From positions 64,001 to 128,000 of the forward strand of contig JBBFKW010000002.1 in assembly GCA_037481835.1 (NCBI GenBank): 64,000 bases of DNA, written 5' to 3'. Each line of letters begins with the position of its first letter. The stretch's first letter is position 1. Both the position numbers and the translations under genes were made by a program. The stretch comes from Desulfosoma sp. GTDB lineage: Bacteria > Desulfobacterota > Syntrophobacteria > Syntrophobacterales > DSM-9756. A model generated the notes under the pieces. It was not told the origin of the DNA, made no database searches, and worked only from the letters and a program-made list of their open reading frames with translations. Shown piece by piece: positions 19,109 to 28,230 of the stretch.

Positions 19109-19519
19109 ATGAAGCGCAAAGCCACGTACCGATTGTTGGTCACCCGCCGGGAAATGCTCTACGTGCATGACGAGTTCGATCACACGCTGATGCTGGTGGA
19201 AATGGAAGGGGAGCCCATTGAGTACCAGGTGGGCGTGGCGGGAAAATTCGTGTCCCGCCGGAGCGTCACGTTCCACGACCGCATTCGAGGCGCGGGCAAG
19301 ATGATGGGCTATGCGGTCACGCACTTTGAGGAAGGATCCATCTACAGCAGGTACGAAGGCGAAAGGGACGCCCAAAGCAAGCTTACCAAAGGCACGTGGA
19401 CCATCTACAAGGGGATGGGGAAACTGGCCACCATCAAGGGCAGCGGCACCTTCACCGTGAAACCCGGCACCCATGACCGGGAATACATTTTGGATATGGA
19501 AGGCGAATACGAACTCTAA
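19109..19519 (+). CDS. Hypothetical beta-barrel protein (DUF3224/allene-oxide-cyclase-like C-terminus)
   Basis: AAGGAGGA RBS; 136 aa. GTWTIYKGMGKLATIKGSGTF resembles the GTG-x-L-x-G-x-x-G motif. Confidence 0.7.
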   Translation: MKRKATYRLLVTRREMLYVHDEFDHTLMLVEMEGEPIEYQVGVAGKFVSRRSVTFHDRIRGAGKMMGYAVTHFEEGSIYSRYEGERDAQSKLTKGTWTIYKGMGKLATIKGSGTFTVKPGTHDREYILDMEGEYEL

Positions 19520-19949
19520 GTCCCCGCATTCGCCAAAAAATGGTCACATGGTGGGGGAAGCGCCGGTATCGGCGCTCCCCCAGACAAACCGGATATGCCT
19601 TAACGACGGCCAAGAAACCCGGGATATCCTGCGATAACATTGCCGCTGCTTTTGGCGACCTCCCTGGGGCCGGAAAATGCGCTTGTATGAAGCCGTAACG
19701 GCGCTGAAATCTAAATCCATGGAAGAAACCATCTGAGGCTTTGCAAACTCAGGCGGTGACGTCCGAAGTATCCCTTCCTGGAATTCTCATAAACCCTCAT
19801 CACGCGGCGCAAGACAACGAAGGATGAAAGTCTCGTGGTTACGGTATGTCTCAGAGACTTTCAGATAAAATTCTCGCACAAGCCCCCGGGGGTTCGAGTT
19901 TCATCCTTTGTGGTGTCACCGCGACGCGCGACAGTATCCCCGATTTTTC

Positions 19950-20040
19950 TTGGGGTTCGCTGCACTCACCCCAACTTCCATTCGCCGGCCGACATCCTTG
20001 AATAAACTCGTAGGTTGGGGTGAGCGAAGCGAACCCCAAC
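19950..20040. repeat. Divergent pair of GTAG-type REP-like palindromes
   Basis: TTGGGGTTCGCTGCACTCACCCCAACTTC (19950-19978, inverted) and GTAGGTTGGGGTGAGCGAAGCGAACCCCAAC (20010-20040). Confidence 0.85.
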
Positions 20041-20232
20041 CCAGATCTGGATCCAGCAAGACAACGAAGAGTGAGTCTTCTACCGACGGTATGTTGCTGA
20101 GACTTACATTTAATCCCCTTTGTGGCACGGTCCAAAGCGGTCGGCAAGGGATGGAAGATCCTTCTTGATATCCAAGGATTGCACATTCTCCCCGTTTATG
20201 CGCAGCGCGAGGCGAACCGGTGCTCTGGCGTT

Positions 20233-21063
20233 TCAAAGAGGTTTTTCTGGGCGGAAGCGTCGGAAGCGTCGGTGGATCCAGTACCACTGTTCCGGAGTGT
20301 GGCGGATTCGGGCTTCGATGGCGGCGTTGAACGCTGCGGTCATGGCTTCGGCGCGTTCTTGGGGAGAGCCGGATGGCGGCGGCGGGATTTCAGGCTCTAC
20401 GTCGATGCGGTACCGGCCGTCCGAAAGGCGCTCGTTGAACACCGGGTGCACGGGGGCTCCGGTCCTCAAAGCGATGTGCGCGAGCGTCTTATGGGTGAGG
20501 ACGTACCCCCCGAAGAACGGCGCCCAGACCCCCGTTTTTTTCCCGGCGTTGTGATCCAGAAGGAAGCCGACGATTTCGTTTCGCTTGAGGGCCTTGAGTG
20601 CGTGGATCAAGGCGTGTTCTTTGGCGATCACGCGGTTACCGGAACGTTCCCGCAGTGCGGTGACCCAGCGGTTGAGCCCTTGGGGGCGGATGGGGCGAGC
20701 GACGATGTTGAGCCGCGCCGGGAGGAGAAACGGCGCGCCGTAGGCCATCCATTCCCAGTTGCCGAAGTGGCTCGTGAGGATGAGCACGCCACGGCCCTTT
20801 TCCAGGGACCGGCGCAGATGCTCCACACCGTGGGCTTCCAGGCAGCGGTGGATGTTTCGGGCGCTCATGCGGACCATCCCTGGGAACTCGACGAAAACCC
20901 GGGCAAGATGGCGGAAGTTGGCCCGCACGATCCGTCGTGCCGCCGAGCCGTTCACCCCCAGAGCCAATCGAACGTTCTCTTCGGCGGTTTTTCGATGCCG
21001 CCGATCCAGGGCGTACCAAAGCGTCCCCAAGAGGGCGCCCAAGAGGGCCGCGATGGGAATCAT
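20233..21063 (-). CDS. Lipid A biosynthesis acyltransferase (LpxL/HtrB family)
   Basis: GVLILTSHFGNWE, FLLDH, PFFG, PEQWYWIHRRFR. Start uncertain. Confidence 0.88.
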   Translation of the reverse strand: MIPIAALLGALLGTLWYALDRRHRKTAEENVRLALGVNGSAARRIVRANFRHLARVFVEFPGMVRMSARNIHRCLEAHGVEHLRRSLEKGRGVLILTSHFGNWEWMAYGAPFLLPARLNIVARPIRPQGLNRWVTALRERSGNRVIAKEHALIHALKALKRNEIVGFLLDHNAGKKTGVWAPFFGGYVLTHKTLAHIALRTGAPVHPVFNERLSDGRYRIDVEPEIPPPPSGSPQERAEAMTAAFNAAIEARIRHTPEQWYWIHRRFRRFRPEKPL

Positions 21064-21205
21064 GGGGGAAGGCCGATCTTCGCCCGGCACGCCGAAAGGA
21101 CTCACGGCCCCCATGGGCGCCCGGCACGCCGCGCGCGCTCCGTTCCCGCCGAGGTTTTGCCCGCCCAACGTGTCTTTCCCGTGCATAGCGAGGATTCCGC
21201 GCCCT

Positions 21206-22963
21206 CTACTGGGGCTTGGCGCCTGCAGCGGCGTGGGCTTTTTTGCCCACGTTGAGGTCATAGGAAAAGACCGTGCTTCGGGCTTCCCACAGTTTCAGCA
21301 GGTCCTTACCCAAAACGAGGCTGGCGATGAGTTCCGGCGTGCCGTCCCCGTTGAGGTCGCCGACCCGGATGGAAGACACCATGCCGCTCACTTCCCGGGT
21401 CTTCCAGTTTTCCACCAGACCCATCTGGTCCCAGGAAAAGCTCACCACTTCCCCGGCTTCGTAGTATTTGAAGCCCTGGGGGAGGAATCGGCTCGTGGTG
21501 TCCGGGCTGCGGTTGACAACGATTTCAGCGATGCCGTCCTTGTTGAGATCCATAACGAGGATGGGCGAGGGAACATAGTAGTATTCCACGTTGTTGTAGC
21601 GGAGGTCTTCCACCTTGCCGAGCAGGTAATTGGTCGTGGCGGCGAACTGTTGGCGGCTGCGCCACAGTCGGTTGCCGGCGGAATCCAGGACCATCAGCCG
21701 GTTATCCGCCGTGATCACGGCGTATTCCACGGCGCCGTCTCCGTTGAAATCGCCTGCGGCGAAATTCGCCACGTTGCACTGGGGGGGAACGGTGGCGGGT
21801 GCCGTGGTGACGGCTTTGCCGTCTCGCAGGCGCCATTCGAAAATTTCCGGGTCGAACAGCTCACCGTAGCGGCCTCGCGCCTGAGCGAGGGGGACTCGAC
21901 CCCGGTTGGGGAAGGGCACGGCGTTGACAAAATAGGGAATGCGTTCGGCGAGGACGGCGAGGCGCTTGCCGTCGAATTTCAGCACGCAAGAGGCCGGTTC
22001 CCATTCCGTGTCCGATAGCTTGATGCTTTCCGGGCCGGGGTTGCGCCCTTTGTTGCGCTGAAAGATGTTCGCCACCAGAATCTCCAGGCGGCCGTCTCCG
22101 TCCACGTCGGCCAAGGCGACCCATTTGAAGGTATCCAGTTTGCCGGCGCGGTGTTCGGCCACCGATTGCAACCCTTGATCCACGCGGCGATAAACCGTCA
22201 GCCGGTTGGCGCTCAGAGCCACCAGTTCGTCCCGGCCGTCTCCGTCCACGTCGCCCACGTCGATGGAAAGGACGGCTTCCGAAAAGGTTTGGCTGCGCCA
22301 CAGTCCGGGCTGCCGAAGGGATCCTTCCGGGGTGACTTCGATGAAGTTGGGGTTGAGATAGGAAACGGCCTGGCCGGGCATAACCGATTCGGGAAGGAGC
22401 AGTTCGGGGTTTCGCGTGGACGTTCCTTCGGGCGACGGGGCAGGCTGGGTCGCCGCGGCGGCGGTTCGGTTGAAAAGCTGGCGATTCATGGCTTCGGCCA
22501 TTTGGTTCACCGTGGGAATGAGCTGGTTCAAGGTTGGGCTCTGGAAGGGAAACTGCATGGGCGCTTCATCGGGTGCCGCGGGAACGACCGTGGCATCGAC
22601 GCTCACGGCGTCTCCCAAGGCGGTCACGCTGCCGTAGAGGACGTAGTCGGCCTTGAGGCGGCGCGCCAAGGTGCGGGCGGCCTCGGCATCTTGGACCGCG
22701 CCGGATCCTTTCAAGGCATCCAGGACGGAAGCCTTATCCAGAACGCGCACCTTTCCAGGCCAGGCGAGGCGGGATCGCAGCATGTCCCAAACGCCGTCTT
22801 GGAGGTAGTAGAGGTCCTTGGGCGTGTTCATCTGAAAAGGCACCATGGCCACGGTCTTGATCCCCGACTCCTGGCCGAGGGCGCAAGGGGCCGTCGCGGT
22901 GCAGAAAGCGATGATGAAAACGCACAGGGCGAAGATTTTTCCGAAAAAGCCTTGCGTCGACAT
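21206..22963 (-). CDS. Exported FG-GAP/VCBS-repeat protein with a TolB/CsgG-like N-terminal domain
   Basis: Signal peptide; VAMVPF...ADYVLYGSVT; five DxDGDG-type repeats (DVDGDGRDE, DVDGDGRLE, DFNGDG, DLNKDG, DLNGDGTPE). Confidence 0.85.
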   Translation of the reverse strand: MSTQGFFGKIFALCVFIIAFCTATAPCALGQESGIKTVAMVPFQMNTPKDLYYLQDGVWDMLRSRLAWPGKVRVLDKASVLDALKGSGAVQDAEAARTLARRLKADYVLYGSVTALGDAVSVDATVVPAAPDEAPMQFPFQSPTLNQLIPTVNQMAEAMNRQLFNRTAAAATQPAPSPEGTSTRNPELLLPESVMPGQAVSYLNPNFIEVTPEGSLRQPGLWRSQTFSEAVLSIDVGDVDGDGRDELVALSANRLTVYRRVDQGLQSVAEHRAGKLDTFKWVALADVDGDGRLEILVANIFQRNKGRNPGPESIKLSDTEWEPASCVLKFDGKRLAVLAERIPYFVNAVPFPNRGRVPLAQARGRYGELFDPEIFEWRLRDGKAVTTAPATVPPQCNVANFAAGDFNGDGAVEYAVITADNRLMVLDSAGNRLWRSRQQFAATTNYLLGKVEDLRYNNVEYYYVPSPILVMDLNKDGIAEIVVNRSPDTTSRFLPQGFKYYEAGEVVSFSWDQMGLVENWKTREVSGMVSSIRVGDLNGDGTPELIASLVLGKDLLKLWEARSTVFSYDLNVGKKAHAAAGAKPQ

Positions 22964-23101
22964 GAGCCTATCCTTCCTTGAATTCCATTGGAAAATGCGG
23001 GGCCGCATGGAGCGGCCGACGGGCGTCGTCGCTGAAACAGTAGCGAGTAAGGCGGCGGTCACGCAATAACATTTTTTGGACCGGACGCCGAGAATTTTCG
23101 T

Positions 23102-23129
23102 TTGACATGGCGTTCGGGCCCGTTATAAA
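23102..23129 (+). promoter_or_regulatory. Putative sigma70 promoter of porin 1
   Basis: TTGACA-N16-TATAAA. Confidence 0.55.
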
Positions 23130-23265
23130 GACAGCTGAATGCCGCAAAAGGCATCGGGGCATCCTTGAGGAAAGGGGGTGGGGCGCAGGCGCAGGAAAAG
23201 CGTAAAGGGGCTGAGATCAAAGGGGTTTCCAGGTTTTCTTCAACGCTTTTTCAGGGAGGAAAGAG

Positions 23266-24630
23266 ATGAAGAAGAATTGGATCGTGTGTGTGGCGGTCTT
23301 GGCGGCGGTCGCCCTCGCCATGCCGGCCTTCGCCGTGGATTTCAAGTACGGCGGCTTGTACCGGCTGCGCTGGCAATCCCAGGACAATGTGGCCGACGGC
23401 CAAGACAAGGACAAGGGTGGCTTTGATGACAATGGCAACTGGTTCGACCAGCGGCTCCGCATGCAGTTCACCTTTGTTGCCAGCGAAAACCTCCAGCTGG
23501 TGACCCACTGGGAAGCGGATACCCTGTGGGGGCGTGAATCTCCGGGTGCCGGCCGCCACGGCGGCGGCGACATCGGCGCCGATGCCACCAACTTGGAAAT
23601 GAAGAACGTTTACCTTGAGTTCAACGTGCCCAACACTCCGATGCGGGCCAAACTGGGTGTGCAGGGCGCGACCTTCCTCAAGGGATGGATCTTCGCCGAC
23701 GACTTCTCCGGCGCGGTGGTTTCCACCAAGCTGGATCCCGTGAAGGTCACTCTGGGCTATGTGGCCGCACAGAATACCGATGTGAACACCACCAACGAAA
23801 ACGTGGACGACTTCTTCTTGGCCCTCGACTATGCCAACGGCCCCTTCACGGCGACGTTGGTGGGCTGGTACCAGTATGCACATGACACCAACCTGAGCAC
23901 CTATCCGGATATGTCCACGGGCGTGTTCCGTACGGATCCCACGGCTGTAACGGACAACAACCTCTTCAATCTGGGCCTCAACCTGGGCTACAAGACCGAC
24001 ATGATGGTTCTGGGCCTTACGGGGATCAAGAACTTCGGAAGTTATGATCTCGTGGGCGGCAAGAGCCAGGATTACACCGGCTGGATGCTGGAAGGTACGG
24101 CGGACTTCATGTGGAATGCCTTCACGTTCCACCTGGGCGCCTTCTACACCACCGGGGATGACGACAATGCGGCGGCCTTCGACAACGCCAACGACTACGA
24201 CGCCTTCGCCTACGCCCGCGGCGCTTCCTACTACTGGTCGGAACTCCTGGGCATGGGGCTTTTGGACGTGAGCGTCTCGGGGGCGGATCACCTGAACCCG
24301 GCGAACCAGGGCGCTTATCGTGCAGCCGACGTTCCGTCCAACCTGTGGGCTTTGAACGCCGGCGTGATTTGGCAGGCGCTTCCGGAAACCAAGCTGACCT
24401 TGCAATATTACTATGTGGCGACGGCTGAAGACGTCCTTGCCAATGCCTCGAACGGTGACACGGATGACACCGTCGGCCATGAAATCAACTTCTACCTGAG
24501 CCAAGGCATTGTGGACAAGTTGAACCTGACCCTGGTGGCGGCGTACCTCTTTGCCGATGATGCCTACACCATCTACAAAGACGACGACGACGCCTACGAA
24601 CTGGGTGCCGTGCTGCAGTGGAAATTCTAG
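23266..24630 (+). CDS. Outer-membrane beta-barrel porin (major OMP-like), paralog 1
   Basis: Signal peptide ending AFA; aromatic/Asp-rich amphipathic strands; C-terminal Phe (LQWKF); strongly biased codon usage. Confidence 0.85.
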   Translation: MKKNWIVCVAVLAAVALAMPAFAVDFKYGGLYRLRWQSQDNVADGQDKDKGGFDDNGNWFDQRLRMQFTFVASENLQLVTHWEADTLWGRESPGAGRHGGGDIGADATNLEMKNVYLEFNVPNTPMRAKLGVQGATFLKGWIFADDFSGAVVSTKLDPVKVTLGYVAAQNTDVNTTNENVDDFFLALDYANGPFTATLVGWYQYAHDTNLSTYPDMSTGVFRTDPTAVTDNNLFNLGLNLGYKTDMMVLGLTGIKNFGSYDLVGGKSQDYTGWMLEGTADFMWNAFTFHLGAFYTTGDDDNAAAFDNANDYDAFAYARGASYYWSELLGMGLLDVSVSGADHLNPANQGAYRAADVPSNLWALNAGVIWQALPETKLTLQYYYVATAEDVLANASNGDTDDTVGHEINFYLSQGIVDKLNLTLVAAYLFADDAYTIYKDDDDAYELGAVLQWKF

Positions 24631-24669
24631 GAAGGGTTGACGTTACGCGGCCAGCGTAACGCATTCTGG

Positions 24670-24698
24670 AGCGCCCGGGGGGCTTTCCTCCCGGGCGC
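24670..24698 (+). terminator. Hairpin between the porin genes
   Basis: GCGCCCGGG...CCCGGGCGC inverted repeat; weak U-tract. Confidence 0.5.
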
Positions 24699-24773
24699 CG
24701 TCATTTCAGCCCATAGAGGGTCCTTTAAAAGGACGTCTTTTTATAAAACTCACTTAAGACGGCGAGGGAAACC

Positions 24774-26114
24774 ATGATGAGACGGCTGATGCTGATGGTT
24801 TTGTGCGTTCTCCTGGGATTGGCGGTGTCCCTTCCGGCCCGTGCGGTGGATTTCAAATACGGCGGCATGTATTTCGCCCGCTGGCAGTCCCAGGACAATC
24901 TGACCGACGGAAACGACGATACGGACGACAACGGCAACTGGTTCGATCAGCGCCTGCGCATGTTTTTCACTTTCCAGGGGAGTGAGAAGCTCAAGGTTGT
25001 GACCAAGTGGGAAGCGGACACCCAGTGGGGTCGCGAATCCCAGGGAGCCGGCCGTCACGGCGGGGGCGATATCGGCGCGGACGCGACGAACCTGGAAATG
25101 AAAAACGTGTACCTGGAATTCATGGTGCCGGGCCTCGAAGCGACGGCGACCCTGGGTGTCCAGGGAACGGATATCCTGGGCGGCTGGATTTTCTCCGACG
25201 ATTTTTCCGGGGCCCTGATCAGCAAGACTTTCGATCCCCTGAATGTCAGGGTCGGCTATATTGCTGGTCAGAACCAGAACGTGACGGATGTGTCGGAAAA
25301 CATCGACGACTTCTTCCTGGAGCTTTCCTACGCTCAGGGGCCTTTTTCCGCGACCCTGGTCGGGTTCTACCAGTCTGCGAACAACAACAAGACGAGCCTT
25401 TTCGAAGACTACAACTACGATCAGCCCGTGGACTGGCTGAACGGGCGCGACGTGCGGGGTAACGACCTCATCGACCTGGGACTCAACCTCAGCTACAAGA
25501 CGGACTGGATCAGCGCCTACGTGAATTTCGTCAAAAACTTCGGGAGCTACGACATCGTTGGGGGAGGATCGGGCGACTACAAGGGCTGGATGGTGGAAGC
25601 CCGGGGCGATTTCACGGTGTCCAATTTCGTCCTGAGTGCCGGTGGTTTTTACACCACGGGAGACGACGACCTGAACGACAACGATGTGGACGCTTTTGTC
25701 TATCCCATCGGGCGCTCATTTTACTGGTCTGAAATCCTCGGCCTGGGCACCTTGGACGTCAACTCCTTCGGGTTTGATACCTACAACTCCGTGGGCCAAG
25801 GGGCTTACATGCCCGGAGACGGGCCGTCCAACCTGTGGATGGTCACTGCGGGCTTAAAGTGGCAAGCCCTGGAAGAAACGGCTCTGACTTTCAATTACTA
25901 TTACATCGGAACGGCCGAAAAGGTGGAAAGCGCTCCAGGGAAAAAGGACGATTCCATCGGGCATGAAATCAACTTCTACCTGGACCAGGGCGTTGTGGAC
26001 GGCCTAAGCCTGCGGCTGGTGGCGGCCTATCTCTTTGCCGACGAGGCGTTCAAGACCATCAAGAATGACGACGACGCCTACGAGTTGGGCGCCGTGTTGG
26101 AGTGGGATTTTTAA
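24774..26114 (+). CDS. Outer-membrane beta-barrel porin, paralog 2
   Basis: Shares long blocks with paralog 1 (VDFKYGG, DDNGNWFDQRLRM, GAGRHGGGDIGADATNLEMKNVYLEF, GHEINFYL, DDDAYELGAVL); ends in Phe. Confidence 0.85.
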   Translation: MMRRLMLMVLCVLLGLAVSLPARAVDFKYGGMYFARWQSQDNLTDGNDDTDDNGNWFDQRLRMFFTFQGSEKLKVVTKWEADTQWGRESQGAGRHGGGDIGADATNLEMKNVYLEFMVPGLEATATLGVQGTDILGGWIFSDDFSGALISKTFDPLNVRVGYIAGQNQNVTDVSENIDDFFLELSYAQGPFSATLVGFYQSANNNKTSLFEDYNYDQPVDWLNGRDVRGNDLIDLGLNLSYKTDWISAYVNFVKNFGSYDIVGGGSGDYKGWMVEARGDFTVSNFVLSAGGFYTTGDDDLNDNDVDAFVYPIGRSFYWSEILGLGTLDVNSFGFDTYNSVGQGAYMPGDGPSNLWMVTAGLKWQALEETALTFNYYYIGTAEKVESAPGKKDDSIGHEINFYLDQGVVDGLSLRLVAAYLFADEAFKTIKNDDDAYELGAVLEWDF

Positions 26115-26142
26115 GTTTGTGAGCATGTCGAACGTTTGAAAT

Positions 26143-26178
26143 GAAAGAACCCGGGGGAGACCCCGGGTTTTCTATTTT
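26143..26178. terminator. Probable bidirectional intrinsic terminator
   Basis: GAACCCGGGG-GAGA-CCCCGGGTTT followed by T-rich sequence, between convergent genes. Confidence 0.75.
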
Positions 26179-26200
26179 TGCGGGGCCGTGCCCTGGGGCA

Positions 26201-27364
26201 TCAGCGCAGGAAGGCCCCGAGCGGGCCGTCTTTTCGCAAGGCGTCCTTGGCGCCGTCGGCGCCGATCTCTTCCACCTTTCCCCCAAGGGCGAGCACCCGG
26301 TCGCAGGCCGCCCACACCACATCGTCCATTTCCTGCAAGGATCCCGAACAGTAAGGGCACGCTTCCCGAGCGGGCGCATGATCCAAGAGGACATCGCACG
26401 CGGGGCAGTGCCACCCGGATGCCGAAAAGCCCGTCGGGACCAAAATCTGATACACGCGGCCTTGGTTGACGGCATCGAGCACGGCGTCGAGGCCCAAAAC
26501 GGCTTTCGGCGATTCGGCCTGGGCTTTGCGGGCCGCGGTGATGCATTCGTCCACCAGGTCCTTTTCCCGCTCGGCGTCCAGCTCCTGAAGGACGGGTGTG
26601 ACGACGTCCATGAGTTCCTTGGCTTTGGCCGTGACCGGCGCCCGGACCCGCGCCGCGACCCGTGCCAAGACCCCCTTGGGAAGGATGCGCTTGAGTTCCG
26701 CGGTGACTTCTTCGGGGCCCGCCAGCACCACGCGGTCGATCCCGTGCTCTTCGATCATATCGTGCAGGCTATCGGCCACCTCCTTCAAGAACCAATGGCT
26801 CCACGTGGCCGCCCGACGCTGGAAAACCATCTGGGACCTCATGTGATCGGTTCCGGCGGTGGAACGATGTCGCACGGCGGGCGTCTGAAAGGCCTCCTCC
26901 ACTTCCTCCACTTCCCCCATGGAAGCCACGAGCAATCGCGCTTTTTCCCGGTCGACGACGACGATTCCCGTGCGCTCGTATTCCTTCCAGGCGTCCAGCA
27001 GAGGGCGGATATACGCGCGCCGTTCATACCAGGCCCCGTTGGGCAGCCGCACGGGAAGGTCCTCGTGATAGGTGTAGCCTTCGGAGACATCGCAAAAGAG
27101 CACGAGGCTCTTTCCGCGGGGAATGTGGAGCGAGACCTGGTTTCGCACCCACTGGGCGTCCTCTTGGAAATGTTCGGCCGCCTGAGGGTTTTCCAGGGCG
27201 GCTTCCAGGTCCCTGAGCATTTGTTCCAAGACCAGCTTGTGGGCGCCGCGGCGGCTGGCGCGCACCTGCGGGTCCAGGTTGAGATACACGCTGAGAATCC
27301 ACGATCCTTCGGGAGCACGACGGCGGGCCAAGCTTTCCAGGGCACTGGGATGGAGCGCTTTCAT
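26201..27364 (-). CDS. Bacterial archaeo-eukaryotic release factor (aeRF1/pelota-like, baeRF) family protein with zinc ribbon
   Basis: ILSVYLNLDP, YIRPLL, VVVDREKARL, VVLAGP, CPAC..CPYC, C-terminal GPLGAFLR. No GGQ motif. GGAGG RBS. Confidence 0.85.
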   Translation of the reverse strand: MKALHPSALESLARRRAPEGSWILSVYLNLDPQVRASRRGAHKLVLEQMLRDLEAALENPQAAEHFQEDAQWVRNQVSLHIPRGKSLVLFCDVSEGYTYHEDLPVRLPNGAWYERRAYIRPLLDAWKEYERTGIVVVDREKARLLVASMGEVEEVEEAFQTPAVRHRSTAGTDHMRSQMVFQRRAATWSHWFLKEVADSLHDMIEEHGIDRVVLAGPEEVTAELKRILPKGVLARVAARVRAPVTAKAKELMDVVTPVLQELDAEREKDLVDECITAARKAQAESPKAVLGLDAVLDAVNQGRVYQILVPTGFSASGWHCPACDVLLDHAPAREACPYCSGSLQEMDDVVWAACDRVLALGGKVEEIGADGAKDALRKDGPLGAFLR

Positions 27365-27570
27365 AGAGGACCTCCTTGCATCATGGCTGGGGGCTCAAAG
27401 AGCGCGGCCTGTCTTCCGAGCCGCCTTGGAAAACGGGTTTTCATTACACATTGTCACTCACGCCGCCCATGGGGTCAAGGCGCCGAGGTCGGGGAAAAAC
27501 GGCGTGGACCTCTCAGGCGGCGACAGGATGGGATGCGCAGAGGGAGGCGTATGAAGCATTTGGGCGCCAT

Positions 27571-27599
27571 AAAAAAGCACGGGACGGAGCCCGTGCTTT
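27571..27599 (-). terminator. Intrinsic terminator of the 65-aa ORF
   Basis: Minus strand: AAAGCACGGG-CTCCGT-CCCGTGCTTTTTT. Confidence 0.75.
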
Positions 27600-27645
27600 C
27601 GGCGTCTTCAAAACGGGACGGAACGCGCTCGAAGGAGTCCCTGGG

Positions 27646-27843
27646 TCACGAGAGAAATTTTTGTTTGATCTTGTCCCACGGGGCGAAGGCGGCGAGAAGG
27701 CCTGCGGAAATGAGGTAAAAAGCAATGATGGATGCGGGAAAGGTCAGGTAGAGGAGCGCGTAGACGGGGAAGAGAACCGCGAGGGACACGGCGATCTTGG
27801 CCGCGGGTTCGATCCATTTGCCGGTTTCTTGTCTTTGGTCCAT
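27646..27843 (-). CDS. Small two-TM membrane protein (65 aa)
   Basis: GGAG RBS, two hydrophobic segments, Lys-rich tail, own terminator. Confidence 0.7.
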   Translation of the reverse strand: MDQRQETGKWIEPAAKIAVSLAVLFPVYALLYLTFPASIIAFYLISAGLLAAFAPWDKIKQKFLS

Positions 27844-28080
27844 GGGCCCACTCCGTCGCTGGATAAAGGGGACATAAGGGGGGACACATCGTCCTTTTTC
27901 TTTCTCAATCCGTTGCGGTTTTTTTATTACCCGACGGGCCTCTTTTTTTCAAGGCCCAAGGTGCCGGCCTCGACCTTTTTTTCACAACATCTGTGCCATG
28001 GCTCCCGTGGAGGCCCGTGGGGCCGGCGGCGAAGGTCCAGGTCGCGGGCCGTTAACCTTTGAGACTTCCCAAGTTTTTGT

Positions 28081-28116
28081 TTGCTCCTTCCGGTCGCTTT
28101 GTGTATAGTTGCACAT
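28081..28116 (+). promoter_or_regulatory. qmo promoter with overlapping Rex-like palindrome
   Basis: TTGCTC-N17-TATAGT. TTGTG-N8-CACAT at 28099-28116 covers the -10 (Rex consensus TTGTGAA-N4-TTCACAA). Confidence 0.6.
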
Positions 28117-28230
28117 GATGCGCCCCGAGTTTCCGCATCGACCTACGGCGCGCCCCATTCCGCGGAGGCACTCCCTGCCCAGGCTCTCGAGGGTTCACGG
28201 GACATCTTTCATATACCGAGGAGGATGAGC

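Noticed and set aside
12383..20040. Recurrent ~31-bp palindromic repeat as a possible CRISPR repeat
   Set aside because: Copies are dispersed and inverted, with no regular spacers and no cas genes; fits REP elements.
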